Assembly: GCF_001194135.2 (NCBI RefSeq)
Contig: NC_068983.1
Coordinates: forward strand, 32,324,736 to 32,388,735
DNA: 64,000 bases
Direction: 5' to 3'
Source of the DNA: Octopus bimaculoides
Lineage: Eukaryota
Below are positions 38,265 to 51,330 of the stretch, one piece after another (positions within the stretch are counted from its first letter, which is position 1; each line of letters opens with the position of its first letter). The position numbers and the translations under genes are program-made. The notes below the pieces were generated by a model. It did no database searches. It saw nothing but the letters and a program-made list of their open reading frames with translations, and was not told the origin of the DNA.

Positions 38265-38624
38265 ATGGTTGTGCTGAGAATGGGGTATGTAAATGTGTGT
38301 TGCCTGGGATCAGCTTTGAAGCAAGGTCACTTGCTCAACGATCTCAGGTCTCTTGATTTGGATGTGGCTGTACTTAGTGAAACAAGGATCTCCGGAAAAC
38401 CTGCTCTAACATCCATTTTCAAGGACTACGAGGTATTCTTATCTTGTGGTCTATTGGGAGCAAGTGGCAGTGTAGCAGTGCTACTCCGGAAATCTTTAGA
38501 TCTCCAAGTATGGGTTACCTTCCTGGACCTGGATGTTAGGGTGGTGGTCCTGGATGTGAATGGCAGTGAAGGTGGTGCCTTTAGACTGGTGGCGGTTTAT
38601 GCCCCAACAGGGGCTGGAAGGTGA
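38265..38624 (+). mobile_element. L1/Tx1-clade LINE ORF2 N-terminal apurinic-like endonuclease fragment
   Basis: MGYVNVCCL..LDVAVLSETR..GSVAVLLRK..RVVVLDV..FRLVAVYAP matches APE motifs (N-x-x-GL, QET, GVAIL, YAP); stops at 38622-38624; a SINE B piece follows at ~38668. Confidence 0.85.
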
Positions 38625-39299
38625 AAGGCATGTTTGTGAGACGTGCCTTTCCGCAGTTTATCTCCAAGTAAGTACCAGTTGAGCACTGGGGTTGATGTAA
38701 CCAACTTAGCCCCTCCACTTGTATTGCTGGTCTTGTGCCAAAATTTGAAATCATCATCATTATTATTAATAATGATAAATATTCCACATTAACATAAAAC
38801 TGTCCTTGGATTTGCTTGTACCAATTTCTGGCAATGAATTCTATTAATACCTTCCAGTACTGGTTTTAACTGCTATTTGTCCTCAGGAATTGTGTATAGA
38901 ATATTATTTTTTCTCTTTTTCAAAATATGAAGACATTACTTGCAAGTGAAAGATGTTCCTTGTTTCAACCAATCACTTAAGGAATTATGTTTGAAGAAAG
39001 TTTTACTTCTGTCCCATTCTATTAGAATGTTTTTTTTTTAACATTTGGTCATTTCTGAAAGCTTCCAGGTCAGACTGACATCATACATGTGTAACCACTT
39101 ACTAATAAATTAACACTAAAAATGGCACTTTTAGCCAGAAACAACCTTCACAGTAACCTAAGATGCATACTGACGTCATTTCAGATTTGATCAATCTAAA
39201 ATATTGGATTATCATTTCTATAATTTCAAGATGAGTTATTGTTAGCTTAGTATGACTTTTTCCTGCTACTCACTTCATCTTTTGTAGTTCTATATTTTA

Positions 39300-40850
39300 T
39301 ACTATATTTCAATCAGTATATTTCATATTGTCTTCAGAAGTTCTATTTTAATGTATGCCTACATATTCCCTACTTTGGTTTGAACACAGAAACTTCATTT
39401 ATCATAAAAGGCTCTGTATTTCATTTTCAAGTTCATATATGTAAAAAGTTCTCTTTTCACAAGAATAGATTGTTTCAAAAGGCAGCTGTATATTTTTCAT
39501 TTCCTTAAGTGCAGTTTTGAAAGCTTTGCTGCTTTTGATATCCAAAAAGACGAGAGACTTGTCTTGTTCTGAAATGGAGTGTTACTGTTGAAATGAAATT
39601 CATGTAGTACCTCTGTCAATTCTTCAAGCTTTTCAGGTACATCTAAAATTTTACAGTTGAAGAAGTTCACACCCCAGCTGAGTTTACATGGATAAAACTC
39701 TGGAAAGTGATTAGAGAACTTTTGCTTGAGTTTGATAAAATGTCTTGTAACAAACTCCTTGATGTCACTAAGACTGATATCTTCACAGGCTTCTAAAAAC
39801 TGCTAGTTTTGGAATGGCAGCTAATTTATTTTGATCCACTTTTTGTCCCAAGAAAATATCCAAATGCTGAAATATTTTCTTTTGCTAAAATGGCATTAAT
39901 GTTCTTAAACTGCAGTTTCTTGTTTCAATGCAATGACATACTCAAAGTTATCACCTAAATATAAGATAAATGCAGAGAAGTTAGTCAACTTATGTGCAAG
40001 GGAGAGCTTTTTGCCCTACCAGAAAGGTTTTAAGTTCAGTTGTATGCTATCCAAACTATATTGAGAATGTCTCCATATGAAAACCATCTCATTTCCCTGT
40101 GCAAAAGAAGGCTGGAATATTCAACTGTCCTGTCTTCACATAAATCTTGAGGCATCCACATGTTTAGTGCATGCTGTTTTGACAGCATTCTCCAACTTGA
40201 TCATATGTCTTCACTTGAAGTTCCAGCTGTTTCACAACCAGTAGTCTTAGAATGAGTAACCTCAATTTTAGGGTTCTGCTTTTTTGCTAAAGCCACAAAA
40301 GTATGATATGACCTAACATGTCCATCAATAGACTAATACTTCAAGTCAATACTCAGAGTTTTGAAATGTATATCAACCATGTTGAAGATATTGATTGTGT
40401 AGCAAAATCTTTGTACTCTTTGAGTGGAGAAATCGTTTGTCCTCTCACATTTTTCAGCTGAGATGGAAATTTATTCCTTCACATATCTGGAACTTGTTCT
40501 TTCACAATTTTGTGACACTGAATCCTGTTATTTGGCTTCTTTCTGGCCAAATGTTGTTTCTATCAGTTTCACATCTTTAGTTTTGACTAGTTTTTCTTGG
40601 ATGGTATATAACTTTTTGGCAGGTGGGGGTGGCAATGAACTTAGCTAGTCTTTGATGGTGAATGTTGATCAAATGTACCTTACTTGTTTCTTTCTAATCT
40701 TTGCCTTTTGAAAATTATTTCTAAATTCTGAAAATATTCAGAAGTGAGACAAAAAGTTTCTTTTGCTAATTCCATTGAAGTCAGAGTTTTCAAATAGATG
40801 ACACATTTTGGCTCCATTTGTCCTTTCCCTCCTATTTCTGTGAAACTGTA
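39300..40850 (-). mobile_element. Decayed hAT (Buster/Charlie, ZBED5/SCAND3-like) transposase
   Basis: Minus strand: EPKCVI (~40770), FVALAKKQNPKIEVTH (~40250-40300), LCED...LLLHREMRWFSYG (40070-40145), YSCEK..MKYR (~39410-39470); many stops. Confidence 0.8.
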
Positions 40851-40989
40851 ATTGAGGAACTCTACCTGTTATTTCTGTTTACTGGTTGATGAATCCACTT
40901 TTCAAAGCTGAGAGTCACTTGATAAAATTTGAAAATATTAATAAATAAAATTTTTATTTGAAATCTTTAGTTACATGTATGTCATCATT

Positions 40990-41425
40990 GTCATTGTTTA
41001 ACGTCCACTTTCCATGCTGGCATGGGTTGGACGGTTTGACTGAGGGCTAGGAATGTTTCTATAGTTGGATACCTTTCCTAATGCCAACCATTCTGAGAGT
41101 GTAGTGGGTGCTTTTTACGTGCCACCGACATGAGGGCCAGTCAGGTGGTACTGGCATTGGCCATGCTTGACTGGTGCTTTTTATGTACCACTGCATGGGA
41201 GCCAATCTGGCGGCACCGGAATGACCATGCCCGAATCATGCTTTTTACGTACCACCGGCATGGGAGCCAGTCAAGCAGCACTGGCAACAATCACACTTGA
41301 ATGGTGCTTTTTATGTGCCACCAGCATGGGACCAGTCAGGCAGCACTGGCATCGACCATGATCGAATGGTGCTTTTTACGAGCCACCAGCATGGGTGCCA
41401 ATCATGCGGTACTGTCATCGGCCAC
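40990..41425 (-). mobile_element. RTE 3' tail with five ~65-bp tandem units
   Basis: gtttaacgtccactttccatgctgggcatgggttggacgg tail; units ggtgctttttacgtgccaccggcatggg... start at 41107, 41173, 41237, 41303 and 41368. Confidence 0.85.
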
Positions 41426-42267
41426 AGAAAAATTTATTATCTAATTTAGTTATAATTCACATAAATATGAATTAGGTGTTACTTATTTTACAATTTAATG
41501 TCTGTGTAGGTGACACTTGACAACCCTGTTGGTTTGCTTTGTCCCTGTGACTTAACAGTCTAGCAAAAGAGACCAATAGCATATGAATCAGACTTGAAAA
41601 AATAAGTTCTGGGGACAATTTAATCAACTAAAGACCTCTCAAAGCAGTGCTCTGGCATAGTCACAGTTGAAACAGGTAAAAAAGACAAAGAAGAATAAAG
41701 AAAGTTGTACAGTAAATTAGTGCATTGAAATAAGTAAGCAAGTGATGAGAATATTTTTCAAGATTTTTAGTTTTGTGATTTTACTTAGAAAGAACTGAGA
41801 TATAATTGCCAGCATTATTACTCACTCTTGTGGATTACTTTACATAACCATGTCAATTTTTCAGGTGTGATGTACACCTTACTTTAGAAAATTCTAACAT
41901 TTTTTCGCAACAAAGTAATAGAAAATATGTGCTCTAAATTTTCCAGATACGGTTGATAATGAATGATTGGAAATAAAATAGACAAACAGCTGTTCTTATA
42001 TTCTGAATATACTTGTACTATATTATTTATAGTTTTATAAATAATTTATAAATGACTCAGTTTTCAATAGTAAATGTTCACACCTCATTTGACATAAAAA
42101 ACATATATAATGTGTCAGTAGACTTAATGTAAATATCAAGAAAAAAAAAAAACTGTGCTTTCAAGCAAAAAGACATAAACTGGTAATATTCTAAAAATTT
42201 AGAATAACAACACATTTATGTTACAAGCACTCCATGTCAAACAATGAGAAACCTTTTTGGTAATCAA

Positions 42268-42496
42268 TTAACCCTTTTGACATTAATCTGCCTGAGCCTG
42301 CCCGTCATTCTATGATACAAACTTTCTGTATTAAAGTAATCTTAGATTAATAACTTTGAGCAAAATTTCATTTTAAGTTATGTTCCAAACACCTGCTTAA
42401 TAAGAATATAGTTATTTTCTTAAATTCTTCATTATTTTCAAAATTAATTGAAACAAAGGCAGTGTATTTCAACAGAAATATAGACATACAGGTTAA
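42268..42496. mobile_element. piggyBac-type MITE (TTAA ends)
   Basis: TTAA-cccttttg ... agg-TTAA; homologous to 52666-52874 and (inverted) 61967-62193. Confidence 0.65.
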
Positions 42497-42824
42497 ATAG
42501 ACATGACTGAAGCTCTGAAGAAAGTACCTACTGCTTCATGCATTAATTACACTCAGAATTTTTAATTTTTAACCATTTTAAGGTAATTCATCTCTGTTCC
42601 TTGATCCCTGAATTAAGGCTTACCTTTATAAGTAGTGCAGGTTTCTGAGCCATTGCAGTGGTGTTTAATTGAATACACTTAAACAAACATGAACAGATGT
42701 CTTTATATTTTTCTGTGGATGGAAAAAAATGAAATTGGCTGGACCCAGTCAGCTGGATGTGAGGTATCTAAAGAAGTTCCTATGTCTATTTACAAAGAGG
42801 GATATAACTTAAACCTATTTATAA

Positions 42825-43110
42825 CTGGCACTCTGTTGGTTATAATGACAAGAGTTCCAGTTGATCTGATCACTGGAACAGTCAGCTCATGAAATTAATG
42901 TCCAAGTGGCTGAGTACTCCACAGACATGCGTACCCTTAATGTAGAGAGATTCAGCGTGATACAGAATGTGATAAGGCTGGCCCTCTGAAATACAGGCAC
43001 TACTTATTTTTGTCAGCTGAGTGGGCTGAAGCAACGTGAAATAAAGTGTCTTGATCAAGGACACAACATGCTGCCAGGAATTGAACTCATGACCATACAG
43101 TAAAGAACCT
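42825..43110 (-). mobile_element. SINE family C copy
   Basis: ccaagtggctgagtactccacagacatgcgtaccctt...cagctgagtgggctgaagcaac, homologous to 27276-27606. Confidence 0.8.
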
Positions 43111-43399
43111 GTTCTGCTCAGGCCCGTTTCACTCATACTTTACCCCTCTTTACTCTTCATCTCCTAACAAAAGGTTGCCCTTTCAGAGTTCTAGTTCTGA
43201 TGGCATAAAAAAATGTATTCAGTACATGCTGTAAAGTGGTTGGCATTAGGAAACAAACCATGGATACCATGCCAGAGTAGATACTGGAGCATGGTACTGT
43301 CCATGGGCTCATTGGATCATGTCAAACCATCCAATCCATGGCATCATTGAATATGGATATAAAATTAATGAGGATGATATGTGTGTATGTATGTGTGTG

Positions 43400-43441
<42 letters not shown>

Positions 43442-45609
43442 NNNNNNNNNNTATTTTGTATCAGCACTTTCACTATTTTCAGTTTTTCAAACACATGTTA
43501 TGAAGTACTCCATATAGAGGAAGTTATGATTATTTCCAATTTAGTTTTGGATTTGGAATTCTTATAAAGTATTTTTCTTTTGCCTTTTGTGGTTAATCAT
43601 TTTCTTCCTTTATTTTGAAAGAAAAAAAAAAAAAAACAAGAACAAAAGAAATATTTTGAATTTTCCGTTTGCTCAAATATCTAGATGTTCATTATATGGA
43701 ACATTTGCAAGAGACTAATTCTTGATTTGTTATTTATGTACTCCAGTCTGATGTATCAATTTTGATCCCATTTGGCCAATATAATTCTCATTGCACTATG
43801 GACATATGATGTAGTAAATTAGATGTTTTTTAGTTTTGCAATTCATATTTGCATTAATCTTCAATTCCCTCCTGTTCTTGAATTTTATGGTTGTTTCCTC
43901 CTCAATTATTTCAAATGTCCCACAATGTAGGATTCCCTAGTTCATTACCTGCATTATTTCTTCTTTGATATGAATTTCATCTTTGTTAAGAGTCTTCTAA
44001 AAAAAAAAATTGGTGGCTGTCTTTGGCTGTTGATAAGTTCAGATTCTTTAGTAGTTTGTTATTAATTAGTTTTAGTGTTGAATTGGAAGGTATCATTTGG
44101 TTGAATGTAAGATGTTATGGTTTCTAGGACTATGGGTGAATAGGATATTTTTGTTTTTGTCATCTTTATTGTGAGGGTTTCTCCATAAGAAAGAGATTAG
44201 AATCTCTTTGGCCTTGATATGATTTACTAAACAGTTGTTTCTTTCTTCTTTTTTTTTNNNNNNNNNNNNNNNNNNNNNNNNNNNNNNNNNNNNNNNNNNN
44301 NNNNNNNNNNNNNNNNNNNNNNNNNNNNNNNNNNNNNNNNNNNNNNNNNNNNNNNNNTAATCAGTCACACCCGGACAACGTCGGGTTATACTGCTAGTAT
44401 ATATATATAAACATCATGATTATACACACACACATATGCATGTGTATACAAATACCTTTAGATGTAGATATTTTCTCCCTCCATTTCTCTATTCTTTCTC
44501 CATTCTCCTCCTCTCTATATAGAAACAAAATATTACCAACTTTAGAAATAAATGCTTTTAGTTGTCCTGTCCTTTACAAATGTTCTAAAACCTCTGGTAC
44601 ACTCTCCTATGTTAGCCCTCTGTTCCCCCTTCCATTATCTAACAATTAGGTTATACGGTTGGTATGTGCATTCCATTAGGTTCTAATGTTACCAGCTGTC
44701 CTTGGCATCTGACATTTATTGGGACTTTATTTCTTTATTTTAAAAAGAAATAGGTCAGAAATCTCATATGTACACCCGCCCAGAATGTGTGTGTATACAG
44801 TCTTTTCTAGAGTACATGCTCTAGGAAAGATTGTATCCTCTGCTCAAATTACTTTTTGTGAGAAACTCTTTAAATTGATTTATTTATCTAGATTTGAAAT
44901 GTTATTTTCATTTGATAATGTATTGATTAATAATTTTTACACTTTTAATTAAATAAGTTACAAAACTGAAACAAATGTAAATACAGTGAGCTAATATTTG
45001 ATTGAATAAAATTTGTACCCGAGTTAAACATTTTTTTGGAGTCTAATATTTTCACCTTCACAGGTGGTGGATGGCAGGATCAGTTGAGTAACAAATTGTG
45101 TAACATGCCGTTTTACATTCTGAGTTAAAATCTACACATACTTGTAACCCATTCTGTCCCATCAGGCATTCCCCACATTTCATTCACTGGCATCCAACCC
45201 TCCATCACTCCTCTATCTATGGTTACTACATGGTAGCTGTAATCACTTGGAAGTAGTATTGGCACATATTAAATCCTCTTGTCTCCTTTCTTTGCAATCT
45301 TCCTTGTTGGAGCCACTTCTGTCCCTTTTTCTCATTATCCTCCTTTCCCCATCAACACTGTTTTCATCAGTTACCTCCTTCCTCTGTCTTCAGTTATCTC
45401 TTTCCTCTACCCTACTTTATTTAACACTTCACACATCTCAGTACCTTCTCGTATCTTCCACCATATCCCACTCTCTATAACTACCCTTGTGTGCCACTAC
45501 ATCTCCCTCCTCACCACTCCTACACCTTGCACATTATACACCTACTTTTTGATCTATTCTACCTGAGCCACTTCGGTCTCTTACCCTATCCACTCTCCAT
45601 ACTAATATT

Positions 45610-45992
45610 TCTTGGCAAGCGAAAGCGAAATTGTGATGGCACCTGTGCCCAGCGTCGCCTTTCTGGCACTTGTGCCCGCGGCATGTGTAAGGACTTTCGA
45701 GCGAGATTGTTGCCAGTGCCCCTGGACTGGCTATTGTGCGGGTGGCACATAAAATACACCATTTTGAGCGTGGCTGTTGCCAGTACCGCCTAACTGGCCT
45801 TCGTGCCGGTGGCATGTAAAAAGCACCCACTACACTCTCTGAGTGGTTAGCATTAGGAAGGGCATCCAGCTGTAGAAACTCTGCCAAATCAGATTGGAGC
45901 CTGGTGTAGCCATCTGGTTTCACCAGTCCTCAGTCAAATCATTCAACCCATGCTAGCATGGAAAGCGGACGTTAAATGACGACGATGATGAT
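45610..45992 (+). mobile_element. RTE 3' tail
   Basis: Tandem gtgcc..ggcac units, then aagcacccactacactc...ggaaagcggacgttaaatgacgacgatgatgat. Confidence 0.85.
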
Positions 45993-46485
45993 GTATCTTC
46001 ACTCTTGTTCACCTCTGCCCCATCTCTGACTATCTGTTACTCTCTCTTTACCTCCTTCTGTACCCTCTCTTATGCTCACCTTGTACATTGAAAGTTTGCT
46101 ATGGTACTCCGTCACGACCATCTTTATCTTCTTCCCAACTGTTTCCACCCACCCTTATATAATGTAGAGTAGCCATGTATCTCTTTTATAGTAATACACC
46201 TCTGTCTATCCTTCTGTCACGCCTTTCAATAGCCTTTCAATACTAGGCATAAAGCCACCTCCTTCTCTCAAATACTCTCTGTCCCGCTTAATAGCAGGAG
46301 CTGTTTCCTTTTCCTATTTCCATATTCTTTTTCTGTCTTGCAAGTGGTTAGTGTTTATGAAAGCATCCAACCATAGAAATCATGCCAAAGCAGACAATAG
46401 AGTTTGGTGCAGCCCTGTGTCTCACTGCATCCTGGCAAACCATCCAACACATGCCAGGATGGAAAACAAATGTTAAATGATGATA

Positions 46486-46525
<40 letters not shown>

Positions 46526-46534
46526 GTGTATGAT

Positions 46535-46685
46535 GGACTTCAGTTCAGTTTCCATTAATGAAATCCATTTGCCAGGCTTCAGTCAGCCCAGAGCTACAGT
46601 AAAAGATATTTTCTCAAGATGCCATGCACTGGGACTGAACCTGGAACCAAGTGGTTGGGAAACAAGCTTCTTAACTAAGTAGGCA
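46535..46685 (-). mobile_element. SINE family A 5' half, ~160 bp upstream of the 126-nt exon
   Basis: gatgccatgcactgggactgaacctggaacc...gggaaacaagcttcttaac. Confidence 0.75.
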
Positions 46686-46844
46686 TATTGTGAAACATGC
46701 TGTATATTATTTAGTTTCTCCTTCTTAAATCACCAGTAATATATTCAGGTTAACTCATTCTTTTACAAATGTTGGTCTTGTGCTTCTAATTAGTGTTTTG
46801 GCAATGTTACCATTATCTAATTGAAATGTTTATTTTTCTTTCAG

Positions 46845-46970
46845 ATTGACTTGAATTATTCTCTTGAAGATCAGGAACCATTTGATATTATAATACACAA
46901 AATTACAGATGTGTTGAGTCGAGCAGATGAGGGAAGTGAAAAGGACCAGTTGTATGCAAATAATTTCAAG
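46845..46970 (+). CDS. ITPK1: ITPK1 coding exon, 126 nt
   Basis: Acceptor tatttttctttcAG, donor GTaaga. Translates to IDLNYSLEDQEPFDIIIHKITDVLSRADEGSEKDQLYANNFK, matching human LNLSRPIEEQGPLDVIIHKLTDVILEADQ including the conserved IIHKxTD motif. Confidence 0.95.
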
Positions 46971-47534
46971 GTAAGACGGTAGTTTTTGATAAATGCCTCT
47001 CAATGTCTATTAGAAACTGTTGTATCACATGTTTGACATACAATATAACGGAATAATAATAATGTCCTTGCAAATTATTCTACTCAAGATACTGGTCATA
47101 TGCAACTCTTGGCTTTACACTGCTCTGAAGGCTCTCTGCATATGTCCATTTATATTGTGGCACAATCCATTAGGAGCTTACCAATAGGGGTGTTCTACTT
47201 CAACACTACAGAAACAAACATAGACTTGCAAGAGAGAATGATTTTGAGCTCTAATCTTCATTTAAAATCAGGATCTATTGAATTTCCAGCACTAATTTTC
47301 TGTTTTAATGCTGGTAGCAGACTGGCAGAATTAATTGGGAATTCTATTGAGTGTCTTATAATATTTAGTTTTGTATTTCTACATTGTGAAATTAAATATA
47401 ATTTGTCATGGTTTTTCTTCCTCCTGGTGTTGGTAAAGTAAATACTAGAACTATACTAAGGTGAATTAGTCAGCTAGCTTCTTCCTCTATAAAAGTTGAT
47501 TTTGTGCTAAGACGACACAGGCATAGCAGAGACA

Positions 47535-47760
47535 CAGGTATGGGTTGTGGTAGAGAAGACCCCTTCCCAATCATGTAGTTTTGGGTTCAGTCCCATTGCA
47601 TGGCACTTTGGGCAAGTGTCTTCTACTATAGCCCTGGGTGAGTGAATTTGGTAGACAAAAATTATAAGAAGCCTATTATGTGTGTATGTCTGATATTGTA
47701 TTTCCCTTGTCACTCATTACTTGAAAACAGTGGCATCAGTAACCGTGTCATTTCCTCTAC
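47535..47760 (+). mobile_element. SINE family A copy
   Basis: gggttcagtcccattgcatggcactttgggcaagtgtcttctactatagccctggg. Confidence 0.75.
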
Positions 47761-48079
47761 AAAATCATGTCCTGATTTCTTGACATTCTTAACAAGTATG
47801 TTTCAATGTTGTTTGTCTCCAGTTTTTCACGTAAGTCAATCAAGGCTGTTTGTTGTTTGATAGACTGGGAAATTATAACCTTATTTTGGAATGGGTGATG
47901 TGTGAGGAAGAGTATCTGACAGTAGTAACTTTACCCCAACATACTCTGGTCTGATCCATGTAAGCATGGAAAAGTAGATGTGAAAATGATTATGATGAAA
48001 GAATCAATAAATAAATATATAATCTCTCCAGTCCTGACTTTTCATTCTATATTAAATATCGTATGAGGCTTCCAAATTG

Positions 48080-48400
48080 AAAGTGCACATAGAGATGCTT
48101 ATTGTGCCCAAAACTATTGCTGAGAGATTGAGGTTTGCTGACCTATTGTTCCAACTGCTATTTGGACTTGTAAGATTTTAGAGAACACCTTTGCCTCTGC
48201 AACTGTCTTTATAAATATTTCTCTCCCACATGACAAAACCAATTGCATGGATCTGAATGCTGAAACTCTGTACCCCATCACATATTCATATTTAAGAAGC
48301 AGATATCCAAACCTTTGGGTGATATCCAAGTAATGTCCAGACCTTGGGGTCTTGGGGTTCTTGACTTCTACCCCAACCAAACTATATTGCATTAACATGA
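48080..48400 (-). mobile_element. Decayed L1/Tx1 LINE ORF2 3' fragment
   Basis: GREIFIKTVAEAK resembles the C-terminal region of Tx1-like ORF2s; weak, by eye only. Confidence 0.4.
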
Positions 48401-50919
48401 GTAAATCTGTTAGTTAATCTCAAATCATCCCTGATAAAAGCAGACCTATGTTTAATGCTGTCCCAGTTGTGACCATCCTGTCGTTTTTTTTCCAGCCATA
48501 GAATATCTAGGACTGCATTATATGTCCTTCATATCTTTAACACATTGTGCAATTTGAGAAGGATTTAGTTTCTTTTTCTAACAGGGCCAGTGACAATGTA
48601 GAGATTCCTATGTTGGTTCATCTACTCCAGCTGTTAGATTAATTGCTCTCTTGGTTTTTAAAACAAAATTTTTTTAGATGAATGATGGAATGACTTTTTG
48701 GTTTGCTAATTTTATCTCTTTTGGACAGAAATTTTTTTTTTAAGAGTGTGTTCTCTGTTCATCATCAAGTGTTTGTTTGTTGTATTTATGTTGATCTTTG
48801 AACTGGGACTGAACCCCTAAGAGTTTAGTTCATCCAGGTTACCAATTTACTTAGCCACTAACTCTTGGTCTTCTGTGTCGAATATACATTTTCCCACATT
48901 CCTCACAGTGGGAAACTTAATCTTAGATTGTACAAAGGATTCCTGTTTTCACTCTATACACATTCTGCAGTTTTGACATTTCTGTTTTATTTCTTATGTT
49001 GTATGATCCTAATCTTTAGGGATCATCCTGTGTAATCTGAAATGTTTTCAGTTATTTCAAGAAACAAAACAAAACTATACAAAATATAAAAACTTGTTAC
49101 AAGGAGTAACCTTTGAAAAACTATCTTTAGTCAATCAGCAAAATATGTCTAGATTTGTATAGAAGTGTTTTTTTTTTAGATGACCTGTTAAACCAGTCTA
49201 GCTGCTGTCTCTCATGGTGGTAAATAGGTTTTTATATCTAATAATTGACTCATAATCTCGCACTAAAGACAGTACACTGTGTTTTGAGCAGCAATCATTA
49301 GAAAAGAAAAAAAAACATTGATGCCAGTATTTTACATTGTTACTGCTGCTAATGTGTCGCTGATATTGTGTATCACCAAGTCAGACTCAATTAAGCAGAT
49401 TTATAATCAAAAGAGTTCCAACCATGACAAATTTTAAAACCTTGTTAACTCAATGAGGGAGTATCTATAAACTTAATCAGCTTGTTAGAAATGGCAGCCA
49501 AACCATTGTATTTTCAGGTTGACATCACTCACGAATAGCTTTAAACTGAAGGTTAATCCTTTGATGATTGCTTAAATTTATCAGTGGATTATTTATTGAA
49601 AATTTTTTTCTTCATATGTTACTTTAATGAATATAAAGCAGAAAAGGCTATGGTGAAGAAGATACTAACATTTCAAATGGGTTTGTAACAGCTGTGATCA
49701 TCTTGCCTTTTTGTATGTTCAGGTTTCTATTCTTACTCCTATCTTCCTTTTTTTTTTTTTTTTTGAAGGCAGTGAAGTGTGAATTGAGGAAGGTTTGGTT
49801 GCTTATTATTGTAAGATGAGCAACAATGGAGATGTTTCCTTGTTGGTTTGTCATTGTCATGTTAGTTTTCTTAATTCACTGTGTACTAGTGAATATGGCT
49901 GGTAATTTCTCCATTAGTGTCAATTTCATTACCATGCTATCTATGTTGTGTTGTGTATTGGTCAGATTACCTATTTGGTGGCTTATGTACTAACAATGAC
50001 AGTGTGTTGTGTTTATGACTAAGTCTAGCTCTAAGTAGGTACAACAGAGTAGTATAACATTCAGCTGTAAGCAGTGACACCAGCACTATGTCCATCAACT
50101 TGCTTTGCTGTGTTCATTTCATCTTTGCACAAAAGCTAGTTCAATGTTTTATTTAGGGTTAAATTTATTGTGAATCTACTTAGTGTTACAGAAACAGGAC
50201 TCATGAGACACTCTTACAGATCATTGAACTTTGGAAAACTTTAGTTTCTTTTTTCTCCCTCTTACTGGAATTCTTTTATTGGCTGTGAGATTCATATCCT
50301 TTCCCCACCTCCCCGCATTCATTAAATCATCTACCTTAGTTCCGTTATTTGCTGCCAAGCCTCAGAGATAAAATTTTCATATATTATTTAAATGCTAAAA
50401 GGACTTCTAAATCATCTTGTAAACACACGCACACACACACACATGCATGTATACATGGCTGTGTGATAGAGAAGTTCACTTCACAACCATGTGGTTTCAG
50501 AGTTGGTCCCACTGTGTGACATCTTTGGCAAATGTCTTCTGCTGTAGCTTCAGATCAACCAATGCAGAAACTGTATTGAAACCTGTTAGATATGTGTGGG
50601 TGATTGTGTTTGACTGCATGCATGTGTATGTGTGTTAATATCTATGTATATTTGAAGTGACACTTTTAAACTAGCAGCAATGATATTCATGTTCCTCAAA
50701 AGTATCCAGCAGCTTCACAGTTTGTTTGAAGTTTTGAAATAAAATATCTTGAAAAACCAGTAAAAAAGGTTGGCATTAAGAAGGGCATCCAGCAGTAGAG
50801 TAGTCCCTCTACAAGCATTACCTAATCCATACCAGCATAGAAATAAAGCAAACACAAAAATAATGATGATAATGATGGTATATGTCCTCACAAACACACA
50901 AAATTTCCTTTATATATGT

Positions 50920-51071
50920 GCAGGTATGGCTGTATGGTAAGAAGTTTGCTTCCTGCCCACATGGTCCCAGGTTCAGTCCTACTGCATAGCATCTTGAGCA
51001 AGTGTCTTCTACTATAGCTGACCAAAGCCTTGTGAGTGGATGTGGTAGACGGAAACTGAAAGAAGCCTGTC

Positions 51072-51131
<60 letters not shown>

Positions 51132-51330
51132 TTGTCCCCCACCACCACTTGACAACTGGTGCTGGTGTATTTACATCCCTGTAACTTAGTGGTTTGGCAA
51201 AAGAGACCCATAGAAAATGTATGAGGCTTATAAAAAGTAGGTCCTGGGATTGATACATTCAGCTTGAAAATTCCTCAAGGCGGTGCCCCAGCATGACCAC
51301 AGTCTAATGGCTGAAACAAGTAAAAGATAA
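50920..51330 (+). mobile_element. SINE family A, most complete copy
   Basis: gcaggtatggctgtatggtaagaag head, ggttcagtcc B-box, internal (TA)n(TG)n, tail aaggcggtgccccagcatgaccacagtctaatggctgaaacaagtaaaag. Confidence 0.9.

Noticed and set aside
41107-41425. Regularly spaced repeats resembling a CRISPR array
   Set aside because: The whole unit is homologous between copies with no unique spacers, the context is eukaryotic, and it sits inside an RTE 3' UTR.
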